This document shows positions 18,851 through 29,314 of a DNA stretch of 64,000 bases, piece by piece. Position 1 is the first letter of the stretch; each line of letters opens with the position of its first letter. The translations under genes were made by a program, and so were the position numbers. Source of the stretch: Ilumatobacteraceae bacterium (lineage in GTDB: Bacteria > Actinomycetota > Acidimicrobiia > Acidimicrobiales > Ilumatobacteraceae); the NCBI GenBank assembly GCA_049432165.1, contig JBMTDQ010000004.1, forward strand, positions 1,401-65,400. The letters are read 5' to 3'. The notes beneath the pieces are model-generated. The model saw nothing but the letters and a program-made list of their open reading frames with translations. It was not told the origin of the DNA and searched no databases.

Positions 18851-19525
18851 ATGGTCTTATCATTTTTTAAAAAAGGTGAATCACCACTCGACCGAATTTC
18901 CCATGAGACGGTTCTCATGCTCGGTGATGCTCGACACTCCTTTGACCTTGCATCCACTGCGCTTCTTGCCGGCGCCGATGCTGCGGCGGTCGGGGCGGAT
19001 ATTCGAGCGACTGACGATCGGATCAACTCGGCTGAACAGCGCTTACGTTCAGAACTTGTCGTCCATATCGCAGTGAGAGGCGGAGATGATATTGGCCTTG
19101 TTATGGGGTACACGCTTCTGTTGAAGAAGATTGAGCGAATCGGCGATCAGGCAAAGAACATCCTTGATCTCGCAGAGGATGGAATCTCGCTGGCAGGTGC
19201 TCCTGACATTGATGAGTTCATGACTCGCCGGCAGGTTATTTCACAGATGTATGTCGAAGCGTCGGACATCTTGGTGTCGCTCGACACAGCTGCTGCCCAA
19301 GCATTTCTCGGCCGTTCGATGGCCATGAACCGAGAATGCGAACAGAAAATTCATGAGTACATGCGGTCAGAAGAGCCCGGCCACTGGGCAGTTCCGCGAG
19401 CGGTCTTACACCGCTATTGGAAGCGCATCGTGGCAAACCTCGCCGGCATCGTCAGCTCCGCAATTGAGCCGATCCAGACACTGGACTATGCCGATGGGGG
19501 ATCAACTGACATCGTTGACGATTAA
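18851..19525 (+). CDS. PhoU/DUF47-like regulator associated with the Na/Pi cotransporter
   Basis: 224-aa helical protein 12 nt downstream of the transporter gene, with an ERIGDQAKNI PhoU-type motif. Confidence 0.7.
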   Translation: MVLSFFKKGESPLDRISHETVLMLGDARHSFDLASTALLAGADAAAVGADIRATDDRINSAEQRLRSELVVHIAVRGGDDIGLVMGYTLLLKKIERIGDQAKNILDLAEDGISLAGAPDIDEFMTRRQVISQMYVEASDILVSLDTAAAQAFLGRSMAMNRECEQKIHEYMRSEEPGHWAVPRAVLHRYWKRIVANLAGIVSSAIEPIQTLDYADGGSTDIVDD

Positions 19526-19599
19526 GTCAGCTGGCTTGCCACCACAACTCCGGCAACGTTGACATCAATCGTCGCCGACTCCTCAGTAGCGTTGAAACC

Positions 19600-20409
19600 G
19601 TGGATCGGCCGATCGGCATCTTTGACTCAGGTTTTGGTGGGCTCACTGTGGCCCGCGCACTCATCGACCTGTTGCCGGCCGAAGATTATGTCTATATCGG
19701 TGACACTGGCAGATACCCGTATGGATCTAAACCGCTCGAAGATGTTCGTGAATACGCAAGTGAACTTGCTCATTCGTTAGTGGAGGACTTCAACGTAAAG
19801 GCAATTGTTGTTGCCTGTAACACCGCAACCGCAGCTGGGCTTGACCATCTTCGGGCCGAACTTCCTGTACCTATTTTCGATGTTGTTGGGCCCGGTGCAT
19901 CGGCAGTTGTGCAGGCCTCGCGCACAGGCCGTGTTGGCGTGATCGGCACTGTCGGCACGATTTCTTCTGGGGCATATGTGCACGCCGTGGAGGCGGTTGC
20001 CGCTCGAACCAACACCTCCGCCGAACTCTCAAGTGCAGCCTGTCCGGGTTTTGTCGAGTTTGTCGAGCGTGGGCAGTTGAGTGGAGACGAGGTGATGGTG
20101 CTTGCAGAACGGTTACTTGCGCCCCTCGCTGGTGCGAAAATCGACACGCTGTTACTCGGCTGCACTCACTATCCGTTTCTCGCAAGGACAATCGGAGAGG
20201 TGATGGGTCCAGATGTGGTGCTCGTGTCCTCAGCCGATGAGACTGCGTTTGCGGTTCGGGAACGTCTCGCAGAGATGAATCTTCTTCGCTCGCGTCACGA
20301 TCGTGGTGGGCGTCGATTTCTTTCAAGTGGAGACGTCGACGCATTTCGTGAACTTGGAGCAACACTGTTCGGCTCTGATCTCGTCGCAGCCGAACGCTGG
20401 GAGCATTGA
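19600..20409 (+). CDS. murI: glutamate racemase
   Basis: IGIFDSGFGGLTV, VVACNTA and LGCTHYP with both catalytic Cys. Confidence 0.92.
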   Translation: MDRPIGIFDSGFGGLTVARALIDLLPAEDYVYIGDTGRYPYGSKPLEDVREYASELAHSLVEDFNVKAIVVACNTATAAGLDHLRAELPVPIFDVVGPGASAVVQASRTGRVGVIGTVGTISSGAYVHAVEAVAARTNTSAELSSAACPGFVEFVERGQLSGDEVMVLAERLLAPLAGAKIDTLLLGCTHYPFLARTIGEVMGPDVVLVSSADETAFAVRERLAEMNLLRSRHDRGGRRFLSSGDVDAFRELGATLFGSDLVAAERWEH

Positions 20410-20453
20410 GCGCCTAGCCTGACAGAGCACGAACACTCGAGAGGAAGAACACG

Positions 20454-21209
20454 ATGTCGCGACCTGATGGCCGAAATCCAGATGAACTGCGCCCAATCAC
20501 CTTTGAGCGCGACTTCACAGAAATGGCCGACGGCTCCTGCCTTGTGACTGTTGGACGCACCAAGGTGTTGTGCACAGCCTCAATTGATGAAGACGTTCCG
20601 CGTTGGATGAAAGGTCGAGGGACAGGCTGGGTGACAGCCGAGTATTCGATGCTTCCCGGTTCATCCCCCGAACGTGTCGACCGTGAAGCGGCTAAAGGAA
20701 AGCAGTCGGGTCGAACGGTTGAAATTCAGCGACTGATCGCCCGAGCGTTGCGAGCGGCATGCGATATGACACTGCTCGGCGAGCGCCAAGTTGTCGTCGA
20801 CTGTGATGTCATTCAAGCTGACGGCGGTACTCGAACGGCGTCGATCTGCGGCGGTTACATCGCGCTCCATGATGCGTTGACCCGACGGATGCAACAAGGC
20901 CTCATTTCTTCCCATCCACTGCATTCGACATGTTCGGCAATTTCTGTTGGGGTTGTCGATGGCGTTCCCGTCCTCGACCTTCCTTATGTTGAAGATTCTC
21001 GGGCTGAAGTCGATATGAACGTCGTGATGTTGCGTCCAGCCGGAGTTGGGGGCCAGGCGCGCTTTGTCGAGGTGCAAGGGACAGCTGAGGGAATGGCCTT
21101 TACTCGCAACGAACTTGACTCGATGCTCGTGCTCGCTGAGACTGGACTTGGAGCGATTGCAGATCTGCAGGACGAACTTATTTCGTCACCACCATCACCG
21201 CGTTCATGA
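20454..21209 (+). CDS. rph: ribonuclease PH
   Basis: RPDGR...[22 protein letters not shown]. Confidence 0.95.
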   Translation: MSRPDGRNPDELRPITFERDFTEMADGSCLVTVGRTKVLCTASIDEDVPRWMKGRGTGWVTAEYSMLPGSSPERVDREAAKGKQSGRTVEIQRLIARALRAACDMTLLGERQVVVDCDVIQADGGTRTASICGGYIALHDALTRRMQQGLISSHPLHSTCSAISVGVVDGVPVLDLPYVEDSRAEVDMNVVMLRPAGVGGQARFVEVQGTAEGMAFTRNELDSMLVLAETGLGAIADLQDELISSPPSPRS

Positions 21210-21805
21210 CGGCATCGCAATTGCGCCTCGTCTGTGCGTCAGCGAATCCTGACAAGGTCGTTGAGATAGAAGAGCTGCTTGTCGGCATTGCTCAATTGGA
21301 ACCAAGGCCAGCTTCTATGGGCGAGGTTGTTGAAGACGCCGACTCACTCGTTGGTAATGCTCGGTTGAAGGCACAAGCCGTCCGTGCGGCCAGCGGTAAA
21401 GCAGCGGTGGCTGATGACACCGGACTTGAAGTAGATGCGCTTGATGGAGCGCCAGGGATTTATGCAGCGCGATTTGCAGGGGACGATGCGACCTACGCGG
21501 ACAATCGGCGAAAACTGCTGTCCGAGCTTGAGGGGGTTCGATCAGACGAACGCACCGCGCGTTTTCGAACCGTGGTGATCGTTGCCTGGGCTGATGGCAG
21601 TGAGCTTGTTGTCGAAGGTGTTTGCGAGGGACATATCGCTGAGGGCGAGACTGGTGATGCAGGCTTCGGCTATGACTCGATCTTCATTCCTGTTGATGGA
21701 GGTGGACGTTCGTTTGCTGAGATGCCCGCTGAAGAAAAGAACAACATCTCGCATCGTGGACGAGCGTTCGCAGCACTTGCTGAGGCCCTCCGGCAACGCT
21801 CGTAG
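21206..21805 (+). CDS. rdgB: non-canonical purine NTP pyrophosphatase (RdgB/HAM1)
   Basis: [27 protein letters not shown]-like, GFGYDSIF and ISHRGRA. ATGA overlap with rph. Confidence 0.92.
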   Translation: MTASQLRLVCASANPDKVVEIEELLVGIAQLEPRPASMGEVVEDADSLVGNARLKAQAVRAASGKAAVADDTGLEVDALDGAPGIYAARFAGDDATYADNRRKLLSELEGVRSDERTARFRTVVIVAWADGSELVVEGVCEGHIAEGETGDAGFGYDSIFIPVDGGGRSFAEMPAEEKNNISHRGRAFAALAEALRQRS

Positions 21806-21822
21806 CGGGTTGATTCTGGCCG

Positions 21823-22851
21823 TTACCAATGCCGTAAATCGATTGGCCATCGATCAACGACCTCGCCATCTTGAACAATCCAGAGTTCTTCATGTCGAGC
21901 AATCGTTGGATCAACATGGGCGGGCCGTACATGAACCCGCTCGCCAAGTGTGAACGTTCGAGTCTGGCTACTGAAAGTCGTGTGTTCGTCGGAGCAAAAC
22001 CACACCTTGCAGTCGTCGATTGTCGGGTCGCCATGATCCATTCCAAGAGCTTTTAGGCCAACATCGGTGACATACCGGTTCTCGTGGTGTGCAATAACGG
22101 TTCCCACAATTGTTAGGGCCTGCTCAAATCCCTGGTGAAGCGATGCGTACTGAGTATCGACCACGACGTACGAGCCCGCTTGCACATCGGTAACGCCCGT
22201 TGGATGGTCGAGGCCGATGATGTGAAGGTCGTGAGTTCCGGTTCCGCCTGTCGACACAATCTCACCGCCGACATCGCTGTGGGCGGCTCGCAGCATTGCC
22301 ATCGCAGCGGCCACACGTTCTTGAGCTTCTGCGCGGTCTGACACCATCTGCAGGTGTCCCTCGTAACCCATCACTCCTGAAACGGTGAGTCCTCGTTGAC
22401 GAGCGGTCTCAGCGAGTTGGCCAGCCTGGGCTGGAGCAATGCCGCATCGAGGCATTCCAACATCGACATCGATAATGACATCGCGGATACCTGCACGGTG
22501 AGCGGCTTCGATGGTTTCAGGAGAATCAACTGCGACACGGGCTATGACATCGGCGGTATCGGCTGCCTGAGCTACCCGTGTGAGTCGGTTGACATCGAGA
22601 ACAGCGTTCGCCAGAAGGAGGTCTGTGCCAACGCCAGCTTCAATCATTCCGACGACTTCACGTGGGGTAGCGCAGGTAAACGACTGGTGGCCAAGAGCAG
22701 CTTGTCGAGCAGCCAGCGACGTGCATTTATGTGCCTTCACATGTGGTCGCAGCGACGGACCGGGAAGACGTTGTGTCATCGTGTGAAGGTTCCGAGTCAA
22801 CGCCGCTGCATCGATGACTGCTGCTGGTGTTGGAATCTCACCGATATTCAT
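21823..22851 (-). CDS. D-threonine aldolase/D-serine dehydratase-like PLP enzyme (alanine racemase N-terminal fold)
   Basis: PLP-lysine motif LRPHVKAHKC, an alanine-racemase-like barrel and a C-terminal domain with HVD... Confidence 0.8.
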   Translation of the reverse strand: MNIGEIPTPAAVIDAAALTRNLHTMTQRLPGPSLRPHVKAHKCTSLAARQAALGHQSFTCATPREVVGMIEAGVGTDLLLANAVLDVNRLTRVAQAADTADVIARVAVDSPETIEAAHRAGIRDVIIDVDVGMPRCGIAPAQAGQLAETARQRGLTVSGVMGYEGHLQMVSDRAEAQERVAAAMAMLRAAHSDVGGEIVSTGGTGTHDLHIIGLDHPTGVTDVQAGSYVVVDTQYASLHQGFEQALTIVGTVIAHHENRYVTDVGLKALGMDHGDPTIDDCKVWFCSDEHTTFSSQTRTFTLGERVHVRPAHVDPTIARHEELWIVQDGEVVDRWPIDLRHW

Positions 22852-22922
22852 TCTGAGAGCCTGCCATGTTGTGGTGTTGCCGGATGATGTCGGGAGATGG
22901 CCACCGATGTACCGTGACCCTT

Positions 22923-24071
22923 ATGACTGAAGCATTTATCGTTGACGCAGTTCGTTCACCCGTTGGTCGCCGCGGTGGCGCACTGTCCACTGTTCACCCC
23001 GCCGACCTCGGTGCTCATTCCATCAAGCATCTCATCGAACGCTCGGGGGTTGACCCTGAAGCTGTTGATGACGTTGTCTTTGGCAATGTGAACTCCATTT
23101 GGGAGCAGTCGGGATGTATCGCCCGTACGTCATGGCTCACCGCCGGACTTCCACTGCATGTTCCAGGTGTAACGATTGACCGCCAATGTGGATCAGCCCA
23201 GCAGGCTGTGCAGTTCGCAGCTCAAGCAGTGATGTCAGGAACGATGGACATCGTGGTCGCCGGTGGCGTTGAGAATATGTCGATGGTGCCCATTACCGCC
23301 GGCGCTCAAGCCGGAAAAGATGATCCGGAGTTCAATCCATTCACTGGAGCAGAAGGGTGGAACTCACGTTTCGGTGGTACTGAGGTGAGTCAGTTCCACG
23401 GTGCAGAGCTGATGGCCGAGCATTGGAATATCACACGCGAAGAGATGGAAGAGTTTGCAGTTGAATCTCATGAGCGAGCGATTCGTGCTCGTGCCGAGGG
23501 GCGATTCGACAATGAAATTGTTCCTCTCAATGGTCTCGATTATGACGAGGGTCCGCGCGAACCGAATATCGAGAAGATGCAGTCACTCGCAACGCTGCGT
23601 GAAGGTGGCCGCATTACCGCCGCAGTTGCAAGCCAGATTTCTGACGGCTCCGCCGCATTGCTCATTGCAAGCGAAGAAGCGGTGAAGCGACACGGGTTGA
23701 AGCCTCGTGCACGTATTCATCACATGACGGTGCTTGCTGATGATCCGATCATGATGCTGTCGGCACCGATCCCGGCAACGCGTCGTGCGCTCGAGCGCAC
23801 CGGATTGAGCATTGATGACATCGATGCAGTTGAGATCAACGAGGCATTTGCACCTGTCCCGATGGCATGGCTGAAAGAAATCGGCGCCGACCCTGCGAAA
23901 GTGAACCCGAGTGGCGGCGCTATCGCTCTGGGTCACCCGCTCGGTGCAACCGGTGCCCGACTCATGGTGACGCTGCTCAACGAACTTGAGCGCACCAACG
24001 GCCGTTTCGGCTTGCAGACGATGTGTGAGGGTGGCGGACAGGCCAACGTGACGATCATCGAGCGTCTCTGA
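22923..24071 (+). CDS. acetyl-CoA C-acetyltransferase (thiolase)
   Basis: The ATG at 22923 gives MTEAFIVDAVRSPVGRRGG. Other motifs are the active-site Cys in DRQCGSAQQA, NEAFA, GHPLGATG and CEGGGQA. Confidence 0.9.
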   Translation: MTEAFIVDAVRSPVGRRGGALSTVHPADLGAHSIKHLIERSGVDPEAVDDVVFGNVNSIWEQSGCIARTSWLTAGLPLHVPGVTIDRQCGSAQQAVQFAAQAVMSGTMDIVVAGGVENMSMVPITAGAQAGKDDPEFNPFTGAEGWNSRFGGTEVSQFHGAELMAEHWNITREEMEEFAVESHERAIRARAEGRFDNEIVPLNGLDYDEGPREPNIEKMQSLATLREGGRITAAVASQISDGSAALLIASEEAVKRHGLKPRARIHHMTVLADDPIMMLSAPIPATRRALERTGLSIDDIDAVEINEAFAPVPMAWLKEIGADPAKVNPSGGAIALGHPLGATGARLMVTLLNELERTNGRFGLQTMCEGGGQANVTIIERL

Positions 24072-24097
24072 TCAGAGCTATTTTTAGAAACTGAAAA

Positions 24098-24124
24098 GGT
24101 GGTGGCCAATGGCCACCAACTTTT

Positions 24125-24126
<2 letters not shown>
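24098..24126. terminator. bidirectional intrinsic terminator (thiolase on +, tRNA-Leu on -)
   Basis: The GGTGGCC-aat-GGCCACC hairpin is flanked by AAAA (24094-24097) and TTTTT (24121-24125). Confidence 0.6.
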
Positions 24127-24208
<82 letters not shown>

Positions 24209-24251
24209 TGTGGGTCACAGCGTACTGAGAGTTGTCAGTATTGGGTCAGCG

Positions 24252-25361
24252 TCAGCTGTCGCCGCCGCCGCTGCCGTCCTCGCCGAGAACGAACGCAAGA
24301 TCGGCTGAGATGCGGCCAGTGACCTCAAGACCTTGGCTTTGTTGGTAGCGCATGATTGTCCGCATTGTCCCGGGGCCGAAGAATCCATCTGCATCGATGT
24401 TGTATCCGGCAGCGGCGAGTCCGTCCTGGACGGCTGAGATCGTGGCACCCTCAGTACACGGCGTGAGCGGATACCCGGCCTCAATTTCAGAAACGTAGGC
24501 GTTGCACCAATCAGCACCGCTCACTGCTGGTTCAATCATTTGAAACTCTGGGTTCCAGCGGATTGACATTGAGCCATTTCGCTCACATGGCAACGGGTCC
24601 TCGTCGTAGAGCGACTGAGGAACCATAGTCATTGATCCGGCACCGGTGATGTCTTCTGCAGTCCGATTTACGCCGCAAAGGGTGATGATCGGTCGATCCC
24701 ACCAACGGCAGTTTGAGTCGAGTTTCTTTGTCGTCACGTAGTTTCCATCACTTGTACTTTCAGCGCGAACGAGCAATGGTTCGTCGTACCCATCGACGTT
24801 GATGAATGAGATGCTGGCGAATGCTGCGGCAGCAACGCCATTTTGTGTTGCGCTTTCGTAGCTGATGTGGTCGGTGCGAACCCATTCGTTGTCAACCCAG
24901 TTGAACATGGCCGCTTCTGGAATACGTGAGTCTTCAGAGTCGGCAAGCGGACCCCACTGCTCGGGACCGATGAGAATTCCAGCACGCACTCCGCACCGCT
25001 CGGTGACGATTGGCCCATAGAGACGTGAACTGGCGTATTGCGACTGGAGATCATCTCGAGCAGCAGCAATTTCTGGATCTAGTGCTGGTTCAACTGTTGT
25101 GGTCGTCGACTCTGCGTCTTGTTCGGGCTCGGTTGTCTCGGGAGTTGTGCTCTCGGTTGTATCGGTGTCGCCGGCATCGGTGTCGCTTGGGGACGATGAT
25201 TCGGTTGCCTGCTCCTGATCTGAAGAATCTGAGCTGACGATGGTTGTTTCAGGGGTACTGAGAGTTGCTGCAGGCTCGTCGGTGAGCGAGATCGATGACG
25301 AGCATGCGGCGGTGACCGCAGCCAGCGAGGCAAGGAGCACAAGAGAGGTTTGCCGTTTCAT
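24252..25361 (-). CDS. secreted lipoprotein with a C-terminal peptidoglycan-binding (PG_binding_1) domain
   Basis: Signal peptide plus lipobox LAAVTAAC. A T/E/S/D-rich linker and an unassigned Cys-containing central domain follow. The C-terminus is DGFFGPGTMRTIMRYQQSQGLEVTG. Confidence 0.75.
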   Translation of the reverse strand: MKRQTSLVLLASLAAVTAACSSSISLTDEPAATLSTPETTIVSSDSSDQEQATESSSPSDTDAGDTDTTESTTPETTEPEQDAESTTTTVEPALDPEIAAARDDLQSQYASSRLYGPIVTERCGVRAGILIGPEQWGPLADSEDSRIPEAAMFNWVDNEWVRTDHISYESATQNGVAAAAFASISFINVDGYDEPLLVRAESTSDGNYVTTKKLDSNCRWWDRPIITLCGVNRTAEDITGAGSMTMVPQSLYDEDPLPCERNGSMSIRWNPEFQMIEPAVSGADWCNAYVSEIEAGYPLTPCTEGATISAVQDGLAAAGYNIDADGFFGPGTMRTIMRYQQSQGLEVTGRISADLAFVLGEDGSGGGDS

Positions 25362-25429
25362 AGCCTCATTGTTGTCGAATTTGTTGGCTGAATGTCGTCT
25401 TATTTTAAGATTGATGCGAGAAAGATCAT

Positions 25430-26452
25430 TTAGTAGCGCTCGCGAAGGCGCGGCAATACACCCTTTGCAAACCGCTCAAAGCTTTCGTTCATCTGCTCGG
25501 GGTGGAAGCCGGGTGGGCATCCCCAGGTGACTACATCTGTGATGCCGTGGGCATCAATGAATTCGCACATGTCATTGAAAATTTTGTCTTCATCGCCAAC
25601 GACCCAGGTTTGCGGAATGGGGTCTGCTCCACCGGTGAGTTGGAGTGACACATTGTCGCCAGAGTCGGTAAGCCAGTCGGCGTATATCCCTGCTTTGTAG
25701 CGTTCAGCAGCACGAATCGGCGGCCAGTCTCGGTCGCGATCATCGGTGACGAGCCAGGGGCGAATGATGCCAACACGTCGGGTGAGCGGATCAACTCCGG
25801 CAGATCGTGTTGCTTCTCGCCATGGTTCGAGCACTTGGTCAGCCGCACCTTGGGGCAAGAGATGAAGGCCGAGTCGAGCAGCTCGTTCGGCCCCCGGTTT
25901 TCCCATTGCAGCCATCCAAATTGGCGGGCCTCCCTCTTGGACAGGTGTTGGTGTTACCCGAACATCGTTGTAGGTGAACCGCTTTCCCTCGAATGAAAAT
26001 CGCTCTCCGGTAAATGCGCGTTGCAGCACCTCCACACCTTCTTCGGTGCGTGATACCCGTTGTGTTCGAGGAATGTTGAATCCATGAAATTCATGTAAGG
26101 CGTATCCCATTCCAACACCGATTTCCATGCGCCCGTGAGAGATGTTGTCGAGCACTGCGAGGTCTTCAGCGAGTCGTAATGGCTCTTGGAATGGCATCAG
26201 CGTGATATCTGATGAGATTCGAATATGGCGGGTTCGACCGGCAACTGCACCGGCGACTGGAATCCACGATGGAAGGTATCCGTCGTCAACAAAGTGATGT
26301 TCGGTGAACCAGATGAGGTCATATCCGAGTTCGTCGAGCCACGAGATTTGGTCGAGGACGGCTCCATAGAGTTGCGGCCATGTGAGAGGGGAGCCCGGTG
26401 GGTTTCTGAAGTCGTAGCAGGCTCCAATACGAAGAGACGGTCGAACACTCAT
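25430..26452 (-). CDS. LLM-class (luciferase-like) flavin/F420-dependent oxidoreductase
   Basis: TIM-barrel LLM pattern (WFTEHHF, LDNISHGRMEIGVGMGY). Start at ATG 26452; the longest ORF reaches 26470. Confidence 0.85.
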   Translation of the reverse strand: MSVRPSLRIGACYDFRNPPGSPLTWPQLYGAVLDQISWLDELGYDLIWFTEHHFVDDGYLPSWIPVAGAVAGRTRHIRISSDITLMPFQEPLRLAEDLAVLDNISHGRMEIGVGMGYALHEFHGFNIPRTQRVSRTEEGVEVLQRAFTGERFSFEGKRFTYNDVRVTPTPVQEGGPPIWMAAMGKPGAERAARLGLHLLPQGAADQVLEPWREATRSAGVDPLTRRVGIIRPWLVTDDRDRDWPPIRAAERYKAGIYADWLTDSGDNVSLQLTGGADPIPQTWVVGDEDKIFNDMCEFIDAHGITDVVTWGCPPGFHPEQMNESFERFAKGVLPRLRERY

Positions 26453-26495
26453 ATGCCAACGGTAGAGCATTTGTTCTCGCTGAAATCACGGGGAG

Positions 26496-28052
26496 GTGAC
26501 GGGCGGGCATGATCGGTGCCAGACTGTTGGAGTGACGGTTGCATCCACTGACATCACCAACGCGTTAGAGAATCAATTTGGTCTCGCTGACCGACTGGTT
26601 GACGAACAGGCATTAGCAAATTCGGTGCGCCGATTTGCTGAACGCGGCATTGTTTTGCCGACATTTGCCCAGCTTGCTGAGCCATCAACGATAGACAGCA
26701 ACCTTGTCGGAGATGCTGATCCTCAGGGTGCAGATGCTCGCAACCTTTGGCGAGTGCATTGGTACAACGATCTTGCAGGTAACCGCGTGGCTGTTCCAGA
26801 TCACATTGTGTTACCCAAGGAACTGACCGGAGTTGCCAGCCCAATCATTGTGGTGTTCGGAGACCGTTTCCCAATGATTACTGCTCACAAGGTGCTTGCC
26901 GCATACTCGTGTTTGGCTCCTCGCGTGGTGACGGGACAGTTTGATCCGACTCGCCATCGGGCGGTGTGGCCATCAACTGGAAACTACGCACGTGGGGGAA
27001 TTGCCATCAGCCGCATTATGGCAAGTCGTGGTGTTGCGATTCTTCCCGAGGGGATGAGCCAGGAGCGATTTGATTGGCTTGATCGTTGGTGCGAAAACCC
27101 GGCTGATGATGTCATTCGTACCCATGGAACTGAGTCGAATGTGAAAGAGATTTACGACGCATGTAATGAACTTGCGCTCAATCCAGAAAATTTTGTTCTT
27201 AACCAGTTCTCAGAATTTGGAAATCATCTCGGTCACTACACCGTGACCGGTCGAGCGCTCGCTCACGTATTCGAGCACGTTCGAAGTGGCAGTGGTCGAG
27301 ACCTCAACCTGGCTGCGTTTACATCGGCGACAGGCTCGGCAGGAACGATCGCTGCCGGCGACCGCTTAAAGGATGAATACGGAACGAAGATTGTGGCGGT
27401 CGAGGCACTGGAATGTCCGACCATGCTCGAAAATGGCTACGGCGAACACAACATCCAAGGAATTGGCGACAAGCACATCCCGCTCATCCATAACGTGATG
27501 AACACTGATGTTGTCGTTGCAATCAGTGACCGCTCAACGGATGAACTCGACGTCTTGTTCAATACCGAGGCCGGTCGACGACTGCTGGCCGATCGGCATG
27601 GGTTAGATACAGCAATGATCGAGGCGCTCTCACATTTTGGATTCTCAGCAATTTGTAACACCCTGGCGGCGATTAAGACGGCGCGGTTGCTGGATCTTGG
27701 TGAAGACGATGCGATCATCACGGTGGCAACCGACGGTGGTGCGCTGTACCCGAGTGAGCGAGCGAAGACCCTCGCAACGAGATTTGGTGGAGAACTCTCA
27801 GAGGCTGATGCGGCTGCGATTTTCGGCGAACACCTCTCACATGTTTCAACGGAGCACATGATCGAGATGACTGAGGCTGATCGCCGTCGGGTGTTCAACC
27901 TTGGCTATTACACCTGGGTTGAGCAGCAAGGCACGCCTTTTGAGTTATTCGAAGAGCGACGTCATCAGTCGTTTTGGAGAAACCTCCGCCGATATGTCGG
28001 AGTATGGGACTCGATGATCACTGAATTCAATGACCGAGTGTCATCTTCTTGA
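26496..28052 (+). CDS. fold-type II (tryptophan-synthase-beta-like) PLP-dependent enzyme, long form, function unknown
   Basis: 518 aa. Candidate PLP lysine in [15 protein letters not shown], a glycine-rich loop SATGSAGT and [10 protein letters not shown]- and C-terminal extensions lie outside the core fold. Exact start uncertain. Confidence 0.75.
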   Translation: MTGGHDRCQTVGVTVASTDITNALENQFGLADRLVDEQALANSVRRFAERGIVLPTFAQLAEPSTIDSNLVGDADPQGADARNLWRVHWYNDLAGNRVAVPDHIVLPKELTGVASPIIVVFGDRFPMITAHKVLAAYSCLAPRVVTGQFDPTRHRAVWPSTGNYARGGIAISRIMASRGVAILPEGMSQERFDWLDRWCENPADDVIRTHGTESNVKEIYDACNELALNPENFVLNQFSEFGNHLGHYTVTGRALAHVFEHVRSGSGRDLNLAAFTSATGSAGTIAAGDRLKDEYGTKIVAVEALECPTMLENGYGEHNIQGIGDKHIPLIHNVMNTDVVVAISDRSTDELDVLFNTEAGRRLLADRHGLDTAMIEALSHFGFSAICNTLAAIKTARLLDLGEDDAIITVATDGGALYPSERAKTLATRFGGELSEADAAAIFGEHLSHVSTEHMIEMTEADRRRVFNLGYYTWVEQQGTPFELFEERRHQSFWRNLRRYVGVWDSMITEFNDRVSSS

Positions 28053-28061
28053 TCAACTGAC

Positions 28062-29282
28062 ATGATCGTTGGTCTTCGATGCGTGGTATGCGGCGACGAG
28101 ATTGAGATTTCTCGTCCGTGTTCTTGGACCTGCGAGCGTTCGACTGCATCGGATCCGTATCACGTGCTCGAGTTTGTTGATGATCACGCCACTCCGGTCA
28201 TAGCGATAGAGACGGATGAGCAAAATCCGTTTGTTCGTTATCGAGAGCGAATGGGTTGGTGGGCATTCGCTCGGTCGTACGGAATGTCAGATTCAACAAC
28301 GGTCGACATTGCGCGATCAGTGGCTGGGGCGTTCACCATCACGCCGCTCCAGCACCATGAATACCTGAGCGAATCTCTCGGTCGAACGGTGTGGGCAAAG
28401 AATGAAACCGTCGGCGTAAGCGGGTCGCACAAGTCTCGCCACCTCGTTGGCATCATGTTGCACCTCATCGTTGCCGAACAACTCGGCTTGTTGACCAAGC
28501 GGGAGACACTTGCGATTTCGTCGTGTGGTAACGCTGCGCTTGCGGCTGCCGAGGTCGCAGCGGGTCAGCAGTGGCCACTTGAAGTGTTTGTTCCGACCTG
28601 GATGGACGATGCCTTTGGTCGAGGGTTGGATGCGCACGGAGCGAGTGTCAACAGATGTCCACGGGTCGACGGCAGTACCGGGGATCCCGCAATGTCAGCG
28701 TTCAGAGATGCAGTTCGGTCTGGTGCCATACCGTTCAGCGTGCAAGGACCCGCAAATGCCTGGTGCCTTGATGGTGGTCGAACGATCGGCTGGGAAATCA
28801 GAGACCAACTTGATGCCGGGGTAGTTGAGGCTCAGGCAATGTATGTGCAAGTTGGGGGCGGGGCGCTTGCGAGTTCTCTCGCACTTGGTTTGGGCTCAGA
28901 CATCCCGCTTGTTGTTGTGCAGGCCGAGGGTTGCGCCCCGCTTGATCGGGCGCTGCGAGCGGCCTCACAAATCGATATTCCTGAACACCATTGGCGCGAG
29001 ATCATGACTCCCTGGGAGTCACCGCAGTCGGTTGCCGATGGGATTCTTGACGACGAGACATATGACTGGATCGGCATCGCGCGTGCACTTGAGCGATCGG
29101 GCGGTCGATCGGTCGTTGCCTCAGAACCCGATATTGAAAAAGCTCACGAAATGGTTAACGCTGTGGGGCCACCAACATCTGCGACTGGGGCTGCCGGCGT
29201 GGCTGGCGTGCTCGCCGATATCGACGCAGGTCGGCTCGATGATCGACCAATTGTTGTCGTTCTTTCCGGAGCTGCACGCTGA
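28062..29282 (+). CDS. threonine-synthase-like fold-type II PLP-dependent enzyme, function unknown
   Basis: 406 aa. N-terminal C-x2-C-x9-C-x3-C, candidate PLP lysine in [19 protein letters not shown] and [10 protein letters not shown]. Lies 9 nt after the previous PLP gene. Confidence 0.75.
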   Translation: MIVGLRCVVCGDEIEISRPCSWTCERSTASDPYHVLEFVDDHATPVIAIETDEQNPFVRYRERMGWWAFARSYGMSDSTTVDIARSVAGAFTITPLQHHEYLSESLGRTVWAKNETVGVSGSHKSRHLVGIMLHLIVAEQLGLLTKRETLAISSCGNAALAAAEVAAGQQWPLEVFVPTWMDDAFGRGLDAHGASVNRCPRVDGSTGDPAMSAFRDAVRSGAIPFSVQGPANAWCLDGGRTIGWEIRDQLDAGVVEAQAMYVQVGGGALASSLALGLGSDIPLVVVQAEGCAPLDRALRAASQIDIPEHHWREIMTPWESPQSVADGILDDETYDWIGIARALERSGGRSVVASEPDIEKAHEMVNAVGPPTSATGAAGVAGVLADIDAGRLDDRPIVVVLSGAAR

Positions 29283-29314
29283 GCCCGGCGGTAAGGGCAG
29301 GTAGCCTTAAGGCC

